From Candidatus Dojkabacteria bacterium (lineage in GTDB: Bacteria; Patescibacteriota; Dojkabacteria; B142; OLB20), in contig CP129475.1 of NCBI GenBank assembly GCA_030583785.1, positions 287,559 to 351,558 on the forward strand: a stretch of DNA of 64,000 nucleotides, given 5' to 3'. This document shows positions 56,548-64,000 of this stretch, one piece after another. The notes below the pieces were generated by a model that made no database searches, was not told the origin of the DNA, and was given only the letters and a program-made list of their open reading frames with translations. Positions within the stretch are counted from its first letter, which is position 1. Every line of letters starts with the position of its first letter. Both the position numbers and the translations under genes were made by a program.

Positions 56548-56803
56548 AATCATTTATACTTCAAAAGCTAAGGACGACCTAGCAAGAATTCATTGGAAAA
56601 CCAGACAAAGAATCATTAATAGCCTGTCGTGTGTTTATGGACAAGATCCAACAACAAAGGGATTCAAGAATCTATCAGGAACGGATTTACTTAAAATGAA
56701 AGTAGAGGATCATATAATCATCGGCAAAATCGAAGCCTCCGAACTCAACATAATCACCGTTCAGAGGTATAAACAAATACGATTTCCAGAACCTACTAAT
56801 TGA
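56540..56803 (+). CDS. RelE/ParE-family toxin candidate
   Basis: 87 aa. Pattern IIYTSKAKDDLARI...RIINSL...KNLSG...LKMKVEDHIIIGKIEASELNIITVQRYKQI matches the RelE/ParE fold consensus (…RVGDYRIIY.I…V.IL.I.HRK). Confidence 0.55.
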   Translation: MTEIIYTSKAKDDLARIHWKTRQRIINSLSCVYGQDPTTKGFKNLSGTDLLKMKVEDHIIIGKIEASELNIITVQRYKQIRFPEPTN

Positions 56804-57044
56804 CGAAATCAGCAATCACCCTAGTAAGCCAAACATTTTCATCCCCTTCGTCGTACTTATCGACACTTGACCAAAGATAAACAAGGAAATCGTCAATACT
56901 TTGCTCAGAACCAATCAACCTTTGCCAATCAGCTCTGCTATGCATCAAAATATAACAAATTATATTCTGCATTTAGCATTATTAATATATATTGATTATA
57001 CCATCGATTATACGACAAGGCAAGACAATATGCTATACTGAGCC

Positions 57045-58052
57045 ATGATACCAAAGAGACAACCAATGGATAATCGCAATCAAATGATAAGCGAATATCA
57101 TAACTATCGTCGCCCGTTGTTGTTATTACTGATAATCATTACTATCTGCACAATAGCAATTATTCCAGCAATTAAGATCACTACCAAAGAAAACTCAAAC
57201 GAAGAAACTAACAAAGAAGAGGCTTTCACAATTAACATTAACGCAGAAAACATCCCCACATTAAGCTATGGTCATTATGCACTCTGGAGCATTAACGAGA
57301 ATAATGATTACAACCTAATAAAAAGGTTCAACAGTTTAAACGGCAAACTAATTGGTCTGAACGGAGAAGCGTTTAACCAACTGCCTCTAGCAACAGACGA
57401 ATTACCCGTAAGACTAGAAGTATCTATCGAAAAAGAAGGGGACAGAGACATGACTCCTAACGATATTTCGTTCATGTCAGCTCCAGTCACAAATAACTAC
57501 AGTGAATTAAAATTCTTAGAGTTAGAACTAACAGATATTTCTGGTTCATATATTCTTGCAACACCAACAGACGGAAACTCAGAAATCAACGAACTTAGTG
57601 GAATCTGGTTTGTAAGAGCCGACGATAAATCTCCGTCGTTATTTTTACCAAGGATTAGTAGTCCAAAGTGGATCTACCAAACACGCTTACTAGCAGGACA
57701 AGTCAGCCTCGATTTAGGACGATTTGCAAGCCCGATGGAACCAGACGATTCTGGGAAATATTCTTTCACAAATTTCTCCGGATATAATGCACCAGGTGAA
57801 GATATATTCGTTGATACACCAGAGCCGATAGAACCGCCAATCAACCTAGCTAACGGGAGCTATCAGGTTATTGTATCTCTTGAGCCATCTATTCTTAACG
57901 ACTACGGCTACACCAGAAACCCATTTATCGCTTTATTGAAGGGCGAAATCGAGCTAGGTAGCGGTCCAAATAATAACTTAAACTTAACTGATGTATACTT
58001 ACAACCAATAATAACTATCAGACTTGAACGGAATGAAGAACAACAAAATTAA
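57045..58052 (+). CDS. Membrane-anchored extracytoplasmic protein, hypothetical
   Basis: N-terminal signal-anchor (LLLLLIIITICTIAIIPAI). No recognisable domain. Confidence 0.45.
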   Translation: MIPKRQPMDNRNQMISEYHNYRRPLLLLLIIITICTIAIIPAIKITTKENSNEETNKEEAFTININAENIPTLSYGHYALWSINENNDYNLIKRFNSLNGKLIGLNGEAFNQLPLATDELPVRLEVSIEKEGDRDMTPNDISFMSAPVTNNYSELKFLELELTDISGSYILATPTDGNSEINELSGIWFVRADDKSPSLFLPRISSPKWIYQTRLLAGQVSLDLGRFASPMEPDDSGKYSFTNFSGYNAPGEDIFVDTPEPIEPPINLANGSYQVIVSLEPSILNDYGYTRNPFIALLKGEIELGSGPNNNLNLTDVYLQPIITIRLERNEEQQN

Positions 58053-59823
58053 AATTCTTGAATATGACATCATCAATAAAATTGCCGCCGGAGAAGTCAT
58101 CGAACGGCCTGCCTCGGTTATCAAAGAAGCTATAGAAAACTCTCTTGATGCGGGAGCGGACAAACTAGAAATAACCCTAGAGAACGGCGGATTGAATCTA
58201 ATAGAAATAAAAGACAATGGTAGTGGAATGGACGAGGATGATGCAAAGCTAGCTTTCGTTCAACATGCGACCTCAAAAATCACTGCCATCGAAGACCTCA
58301 ATAATATTCATACACTTGGCTTTAGAGGAGAAGCACTGGCAAGTATCGCCAGTATCTCACAAAGCTCCATACACACCTATGATTCGAACTCTGAACCATT
58401 ACTTGTCAAATCAATTAATTCAAAGGTTACCGTAGAGCCGGCAGCAGCAAGAAGCCGCGGAACAACACTGACTGTTCGAAACATATTCCATAATGTACCA
58501 GCCCGAAAAAAGTTCATGCGTTCCGAAAAAACAGAACTGAGAAACTGCCTAGACACGATAATATCGTCTGCTTTAGCAAATCCCAAAGCGACGTATTCTG
58601 TAACAAACAATGGTCGAACTATTCTTGATTTGAAGTCTACAAAAAGTTACCTTACTCGAACTGCAGATATCTTCAAATTTGACAAAGAAAGTTTAATTCA
58701 ACTCTCTTATGACGGTCCCGAAATCAATATTTATGGCTATATCGGACACCCATCTCTGGCAAGAACTTCTTCCAACTATCAATATATCTATGTTAACAAC
58801 AGACCCGTTACCGACAAACTGCTTAATAAGGCGGTAAAAGATGGTTTTCAGAGCTCAATTTCCAAAGAGATGCGACCCTGTTATTTCATCTTTATCGAAA
58901 TTGCCTCAACCGAGGTAGATGTTAATGTGCATCCGAGAAAATCCGAAGTTAGATTTGCAAATCCGGGACTTGTATTTCTAAGACTGAAAAATGCGGTAGC
59001 CGGAACGCTGGAACAGAGACTTAAAAAACAACTATCAGAAAGAATCAATTCAACATCTGTGGTTAATCCTATTAGAGATTTAGAGCATAAGAACTACCAG
59101 AATAGCAGAAATTTGCATACCAGAGCAGAATCCAGAAGTATTGATGAACAAAGTATCCAAAAGAGCCTTCAATTCACTAAGGAACTGTTATCTTTTGAAC
59201 CGACAAAGTTAGAGGTTAAAAATTTTGAACAAACAGAATTTTTGTCTTACTACATTCAAGTTTTTTCTACCTATATTATTACCCAAAGAGGGGATAAGCT
59301 ACTATTGATAGACCAACACGCAGCCGACGAGAGGATTAAATACGAACAATTTTTTAAATCTCTCAAAAACGATGACGAAGTTATTAGTTCACAAGATTTA
59401 CTTGTGCCGATAGAACTAGAATTGACAGACAGCGAATTGATTTCTATCGAAGAACAAAAAGCAGTAATAGAAAAGTTAGGCTTTAAAATCGAAAGATTAA
59501 GTTCAAAATCTTGGCAACTGACGGCTTACCCGGTATTACTTGGAAATCTTGACTTTGAGTCTCTACTTAGAGAGATCATCTCTCAAATCGAAGAGACTCC
59601 CGAAGCGGGGAGTCAGGCTTACACTCAGCATCTAGAAAAAGTTGTTGCAACTATGGCCTGCCATGGGAGTATCCGTGCTGGACAACAACTTCATAGTAGC
59701 GAAATCGAAAAACTGATTAATGACTTGTTCAACTGTGAACTTCCTTACTCATGCCCTCATGGTAGACCAATTATCTGGGAACTTTCAAAAGAAGACCTAG
59801 AGAAGCAATTCAAAAGAAGATGA
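58024..59823 (+). CDS. mutL: DNA mismatch repair protein MutL
   Basis: GHKL ATPase N-terminus (IINKIAAGEVIERPASVIKEAIENSLDAGADKLEI, DNGSGM, GFRGEAL). C-terminal dimerisation domain. Confidence 0.9.
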   Translation: MNGMKNNKIKILEYDIINKIAAGEVIERPASVIKEAIENSLDAGADKLEITLENGGLNLIEIKDNGSGMDEDDAKLAFVQHATSKITAIEDLNNIHTLGFRGEALASIASISQSSIHTYDSNSEPLLVKSINSKVTVEPAAARSRGTTLTVRNIFHNVPARKKFMRSEKTELRNCLDTIISSALANPKATYSVTNNGRTILDLKSTKSYLTRTADIFKFDKESLIQLSYDGPEINIYGYIGHPSLARTSSNYQYIYVNNRPVTDKLLNKAVKDGFQSSISKEMRPCYFIFIEIASTEVDVNVHPRKSEVRFANPGLVFLRLKNAVAGTLEQRLKKQLSERINSTSVVNPIRDLEHKNYQNSRNLHTRAESRSIDEQSIQKSLQFTKELLSFEPTKLEVKNFEQTEFLSYYIQVFSTYIITQRGDKLLLIDQHAADERIKYEQFFKSLKNDDEVISSQDLLVPIELELTDSELISIEEQKAVIEKLGFKIERLSSKSWQLTAYPVLLGNLDFESLLREIISQIEETPEAGSQAYTQHLEKVVATMACHGSIRAGQQLHSSEIEKLINDLFNCELPYSCPHGRPIIWELSKEDLEKQFKRR

Positions 59824-60323
59824 CGAAGCGACAATTTACAATAATTGCAATCTGTCTAGCTATTATTCTAATTTTTCTTTGGAATCCACTTGCAAAAGAA
59901 TTCTTGCCAACAGATAACCATTCAACTAACAACTGGTCTAGAAGAGAACTACCTTTTAATACCAGCGCCTATTTCGAAAGCAATCCCCTGATGATCTTCA
60001 ATCTTGAAATAGCCCGCACCGAAAGAGAGAGGGCAGATGGCCTTATGTTCGTAGAAGAAATCAACGACAACCAAGGCATGTTATTTGTTTTCGAAGAAGA
60101 AAACCCTAGAAGTTTTTGGATGAAAAATACATATATTTCATTAGATATACTTTTTCTAGATAAAGATTTACGGGTAGTGAAAATAATCGAGAATCTTGAA
60201 CCTTTAAGAGAATGGCCCTACTATAATTCTGACTTTCCAGCAAAATATGCACTTGAATTAAAGGCAGGTGCAGTTGAGAAAAATTCAATAGAAATTGGAG
60301 ACGAACTATATGTAAAATTCTAG
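59820..60323 (+). CDS. DUF192 (COG1430) domain protein with N-terminal signal/TM
   Basis: ...RADGLMFVEEINDNQGMLFVFEE...WMKNTYISLDILFLDKD..V is the DUF192 core. 4-nt overlap with the mutL stop. Confidence 0.6.
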   Translation: MTKRQFTIIAICLAIILIFLWNPLAKEFLPTDNHSTNNWSRRELPFNTSAYFESNPLMIFNLEIARTERERADGLMFVEEINDNQGMLFVFEEENPRSFWMKNTYISLDILFLDKDLRVVKIIENLEPLREWPYYNSDFPAKYALELKAGAVEKNSIEIGDELYVKF

Positions 60324-60545
60324 GAAAAAATTTATACATTTTCTATAGAAAATTTTTGCATCTAACTCAAAAACCCATACTTGTGTCCGAATCGTACCAC
60401 ACAACAAGGCGTCCCGACTGCATAAAATATTTATACAATAACAAATATTTATTATTCAATACTTGACTTAGATTATTTGTATCTGCTAAATTGTAAATAC
60501 AATTAAATACAGCAAAAGGCAGTAAAAATAGTTAAAAGTGCAAGC

Positions 60546-60578
60546 AAAGATACTCCGCAAGGGGTATCTTTGTTTTTA
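60546..60578 (+). terminator. Rho-independent terminator (11-bp stem, GCAA tetraloop, U-tract)
   Basis: AAAGATACTCC-GCAA-GGGGTATCTTT followed by GTTTTTAT. Confidence 0.5.
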
Positions 60579-60656
60579 TAAACATTATCTTCCTAACTTT
60601 TCTGGACAGTTTATTGGCTTCACGAATATAATTAGCTTACTTATTATCATCTAAGC

Positions 60657-61256
60657 ATGAGTTCCTACTTAGTTCCAACAGTAATCGAAAAGTCCAGAGA
60701 AGGTGAGAGAGCCTACGATATTTATTCAAGACTACTTAAAGATAGAATAATTTTTCTTGGAAGCGGAATCGATGACCAAGTGGCAAACGCAGTTATTGCT
60801 CAACTTTTGTTTTTAGCGAAAGAAGATTCAGAAAAAGATATCACAATGTATATCAATTCACCCGGCGGAGTGATTTATTCGGGACTGGCAATACTAGATA
60901 CCATGAATTATGTTAAACCAGATATCCGAACGGTGGCAATTGGAACAGCAGCATCTTTCGGTACCGTAATCCTCTCGGCCGGAACTAAAGGCAAAAGATT
61001 TGCGCTACCAAATACAATGGTCCACATGCATCAACCCCTGGTATCAGGGGGGATTGGCGGTCAAGCAAGTGATATCGAGATCGAGGCCAGAGAGATTCTG
61101 CGGCTAAAGGATTTGCTTACCAAGATTTTGGCTGAAAACACAGGTCAATCTTATGATCAAATCACCAAAGACAGCGACAGAGATAAACACATGACTGCAG
61201 CCGAAGCCTTAAAATACGGCTTGATAGACAAGATTATTACGAAGAAAGAGGTATAG
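60657..61256 (+). CDS. clpP: ATP-dependent Clp protease proteolytic subunit
   Basis: ...[21 protein letters not shown]...[14 protein letters not shown]...MVHMHQPL... with the Ser/His catalytic positions. Confidence 0.9.
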   Translation: MSSYLVPTVIEKSREGERAYDIYSRLLKDRIIFLGSGIDDQVANAVIAQLLFLAKEDSEKDITMYINSPGGVIYSGLAILDTMNYVKPDIRTVAIGTAASFGTVILSAGTKGKRFALPNTMVHMHQPLVSGGIGGQASDIEIEAREILRLKDLLTKILAENTGQSYDQITKDSDRDKHMTAAEALKYGLIDKIITKKEV

Positions 61257-61311
61257 CTTTATTTTAAAAATAAAGCTATTATTCACTTATATTATTTTAT
61301 TTTTTCTGCTG

Positions 61312-61836
61312 ATGAAGAAATACATCGACAAAGAGATTGTAATGAAAGTCTCTGTCGTATCGGGTGTCGTAGCTGTCGCCCAAGGAGTCATGAATCTACT
61401 TGTAGCTCTGATTCCGTTCTTAGTCTTCTTAAGCTGTTTTGTCTCTCCATTGCTTTGCATTATTGGATTGGCGATCCCTGCATGGGCAGCTTATTATGTC
61501 ACCAAGAAAAAAGGCTACAATAAAGAAACAATTGCAGATGCACTAATTGCATCAGCACTTGTAGGAGCTGTTACTGGTCTAGTTTCATCAGTGATTGCTG
61601 TAATATTTAGTGTTATTTCCACTGTAGCTGGTATCGGTTCAACAGCTGCTATGTCATCTCTTTCAGGAGTAGGACTAGATAGCGTTGATGTAGCTACCGG
61701 AGCAGGCGCTGGAATCCTCGGAACACTAATTTGCTCACCAATAACAATAATTGGTGGCATGCTTGTTTCCGCAGTTGTTGCTGCAGTCTTTGGAGCATTA
61801 TTTGCCTTACTCAAAGATCCTTCTAAAAAAGCCTAA
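61312..61836 (+). CDS. Small-residue-rich polytopic membrane protein, hypothetical
   Basis: Four predicted TMs rich in G/A/S/V. No assignable family. Confidence 0.4.
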   Translation: MKKYIDKEIVMKVSVVSGVVAVAQGVMNLLVALIPFLVFLSCFVSPLLCIIGLAIPAWAAYYVTKKKGYNKETIADALIASALVGAVTGLVSSVIAVIFSVISTVAGIGSTAAMSSLSGVGLDSVDVATGAGAGILGTLICSPITIIGGMLVSAVVAAVFGALFALLKDPSKKA

Positions 61837-61862
61837 TAGGCTTAATAAATAGCAACTTTAAA

Positions 61863-61888
61863 CAGTCCTGATTTCAGGACTGTTTTTT
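61863..61888 (+). terminator. Rho-independent terminator
   Basis: CAGTCCTGA-TT-TCAGGACTG 9-bp perfect stem followed by TTTTTT. 27 nt after the preceding stop. Confidence 0.6.
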
Positions 61889-61956
61889 GTTATAATCAGT
61901 TTATTCAAAAGTCAGAAAAAGATTTGCGCCTTTGTGTTATTATTGTTAGCTAAATA

Positions 61957-62033
61957 GGGTAGTTAGCTCAACTGGTTAGAGCATTCGCTTGACGTGCGAA
62001 AGGTTATAGGTTCGAGTCCTATACTACCCACCA
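61957..62033 (+). tRNA. tRNA-Val (anticodon GAC), genomically encoded CCA
   Basis: Manual fold: acceptor GGGTAGT/ACTACCC, D-arm GCTC-AACTGGTTA-GAGC, anticodon arm TTCGC-TTGACGT-GCGAA, variable AGGTT, T-arm ATAGG-TTCGAGT-CCTAT, discriminator A, CCA. Confidence 0.85.
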
Positions 62034-62037
62034 ATTT

Positions 62038-63777
62038 ATGAATATCGATCAAACTCCTTCAAAATTAGAGACTGTTAGGCATAGTTTCGCCCATGTGTTG
62101 GCTCAGGCTGTGCTTAGATTATTTCCAGATGCAAAAATGGGAATCGGTCCAGCAATTGAAGATGGTTTCTACTATGATTTTGAATTCTCAGAAGCAATTA
62201 GCAAAGAGACTCTGCCTCAAATCGAAGCAGAAATGAAAAACATCATTGCAGAAGAACTGTCTTTTAAACAAATACTAATACCCAGAGAACAAGCCTTCGA
62301 CACGCTTCTGCATCTCGGACAAATATACAAAACTGAACTACTTCAGCAGGTACCAGACGAAAGCATCAGTTTTTACAAAACCGGAGAAGAATTCATAGAT
62401 TTATGTAGAGGGCCTCATGTTAATGACACGGGGCAGTTAAAAATATTCAAATTAGTATCTATACAATCTACACACTGGCTAGGAGACGAAAGCAGACCTG
62501 CAATGCAAAGAATAAGAGGTGTTGCCTTCGAAAAAAAGAACGAACTAGAAGCTTGGTTAAAATCTGAAGAAGAAAAAAAACTTCGTGACCACCGAGTACT
62601 TGGTAAAAGTTTAAATATATTCTACGACGACAAAATTCAAGGTCATGGAATGCCTGTTCTTCTTCACAACGGTACTATCCTTAAAAAAAATCTGCGCACT
62701 TGGTTTGAAAACATGCTTATAAAAAACGACTACCAGCTGATAACATCTTCGGAATTCATAAAAGAAACGACACTTCATACTAATCGCTACCTTGACTATA
62801 ATAGATTCGCTTTCCTTCCTCAGTTTCAGGTTGGATCAGACTTATACCGCCTCAGAATAGATCCAATCAGTCAAATAGGGAACATCTTCCGTCAGAAGAA
62901 AAGAAGTTATAAGGAATTGCCACTTAGAATTAGCGAATTTGCTTCCTGCTATTCCAATGTTGATGAAAAAGAGCTCCATGGACTCATTAAATGCAGACAC
63001 TTCACAAGAGATTCACATACCAGCTTTGTTTCAAAAGAACAGACAATACCAGAAGTCAGAAGAATTATTTCGTTAATGGTTGATGTAGTTAAAAGATTTG
63101 ATTTGCATGATTATCGCTTCGTAATCGGGACACCAAAATACTCTGCCACAGACAACTACCTTGGTAACGAACAAGACTGGCGCGATGCCATGTATATTAT
63201 CGAAAAAAGCCTATCCGAAAGTAAAATTCTTGCCCGTCCCCAAGAGGGCGAGGCTCAATTCAACGGACCGACTCTACAAATTAGAGCGCGAGATATTTTC
63301 AAGAGAGACTGGAAGATCGCAGAGTTAGTTGTAGACCTGACAACACAAAAGATATCAAATAATCGTTTCATTAACTCAGAAAACGAAGAAGAGATACCGA
63401 TTGCTATCCACCATAGTTTCATAGGATCCCTAGAAAGATTTATTGGAATACTAATAGAACAATATGCCGGTGCTTTTCCGGCCTGGATGGCGCCAACTCA
63501 GGTATATATTATCCCAATATCAAGTAAACATTTATCATACTCCAAGCAAGTCCTTGAAAGGCTAGAAACACTTGGCATAAGGGCAAAACTCGATGCGAGA
63601 GATGAAACTATGCAAGCAAAAATCAGAGAGGCTGGACTTCAAAAGATACCATACATGTTGATTATTGGTGATAAAGAAGAAAAAACACAGTCTGTATCGG
63701 TACGGCCTAGAAGTGGACAAGATCTTGGACTTATGCGAACCGAAGAATTTGCAGATATTGTCTTCAGTGAGAGATAA
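62038..63777 (+). CDS. thrS: Threonyl-tRNA synthetase lacking the N-terminal TGS/N1 domain
   Basis: Begins at the N2 editing domain (RHSFAHVLAQAV..., DLCRGPHV). Class-II catalytic core and C-terminal anticodon-binding domain present. 579 aa. Confidence 0.9.
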   Translation: MNIDQTPSKLETVRHSFAHVLAQAVLRLFPDAKMGIGPAIEDGFYYDFEFSEAISKETLPQIEAEMKNIIAEELSFKQILIPREQAFDTLLHLGQIYKTELLQQVPDESISFYKTGEEFIDLCRGPHVNDTGQLKIFKLVSIQSTHWLGDESRPAMQRIRGVAFEKKNELEAWLKSEEEKKLRDHRVLGKSLNIFYDDKIQGHGMPVLLHNGTILKKNLRTWFENMLIKNDYQLITSSEFIKETTLHTNRYLDYNRFAFLPQFQVGSDLYRLRIDPISQIGNIFRQKKRSYKELPLRISEFASCYSNVDEKELHGLIKCRHFTRDSHTSFVSKEQTIPEVRRIISLMVDVVKRFDLHDYRFVIGTPKYSATDNYLGNEQDWRDAMYIIEKSLSESKILARPQEGEAQFNGPTLQIRARDIFKRDWKIAELVVDLTTQKISNNRFINSENEEEIPIAIHHSFIGSLERFIGILIEQYAGAFPAWMAPTQVYIIPISSKHLSYSKQVLERLETLGIRAKLDARDETMQAKIREAGLQKIPYMLIIGDKEEKTQSVSVRPRSGQDLGLMRTEEFADIVFSER

Positions 63778-63893
63778 TAGCAATTCGTGCAAATTTATTG
63801 AATTAATAAGTAATTTCTGATATTATCAACTCTCGTAAGGGTTATTTCTTAGCTTATTTCGTAATATACACAGGTAATTATCGCAGACAATTT

Positions 63894-64000
63894 GAGGCTA
63901 AGCGCGAACCGCGCTTTAATAGAAACGAGTTTATTAAAGCCCCAAAGCTGTTTGTTATTGATGAAAACGGAAATCAGCTGGGAGTGCTAGATAGGCAAAA
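63894..64000 (+). CDS. infC: Translation initiation factor IF-3, N-terminal fragment (continues past the window); non-AUG start
   Basis: The frame open from 63840 encodes ...RQREPRFNRNEFIKAPKLFVIDENGNQLGVLDRQ. This matches the IF3 N-terminus ([28 protein letters not shown]). No in-frame ATG exists. An in-frame TTG at 63894 is the best start candidate; ATT/ATA are alternatives. Confidence 0.55.

Noticed and set aside
61253-61283. AT-rich perfect palindrome TAGCTTTATTTTAAAAATAAAGCTA after clpP as a terminator
   Set aside because: The stem is almost entirely A/T with no G/C clamp, so it is weak as an intrinsic terminator. It could equally be a protein-binding palindrome. Not reported as a feature.
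1-64000. CRISPR arrays, rRNA genes, IS elements or integrases
   Set aside because: No direct-repeat/spacer periodicity, no rRNA-like conserved stretches, and no transposase or integrase-like ORFs were seen anywhere in the window.

Overview
Low-GC, densely packed bacterial chromosomal segment of about 55 protein genes on both strands, plus one tRNA-Val(GAC). Most genes are recognisable housekeeping functions, including a Class II photolyase, an FKBP isomerase and two ABC export systems (one MsbA-like, one MacA/MacB/FtsX-like). The gene set suggests a reduced-genome, fermentative, possibly episymbiotic bacterium of the CPR/Patescibacteria type. The evidence for that is an alanyl-tRNA synthetase lacking the C-terminal C-Ala domain, a threonyl-tRNA synthetase lacking the N-terminal TGS/N1 domain, a two-subunit 2-oxoacid:ferredoxin oxidoreductase paired with an ADP-forming acetyl-CoA synthetase, and many membrane-anchored surface proteins. 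This placement is inference, not demonstrated. The stand-out region is a tightly translationally coupled six-gene operon at 28135-40081. It encodes a 1618-aa giant protein, two small acidic proteins, a polytopic membrane protein with VirB6/TrbL-like topology, a coiled-coil protein, and a 973-aa basic protein with a glycine-zipper transmembrane block resembling phage tape-measure proteins. No ATPase, pilin, capsid or terminase is present. Divergently and convergently transcribed surface proteins flank it: a tail-anchored Pro/Thr-rich protein and an Ig/cadherin-like type-I membrane protein. I could assign no domain to the giant protein or the two acidic proteins; the assignments for the other three are by topology or composition only, so the cluster is the best candidate for an undescribed envelope or host-interaction apparatus. 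Other notable items are a P-type ATPase broken by a single-nucleotide insertion, an RHH plus RelE/ParE toxin-antitoxin pair, a tRNA-Val abutting thrS followed by infC with a non-AUG start, a 686-bp AT-rich non-coding gap, and a promoter-to-terminator small-RNA candidate upstream of clpP.
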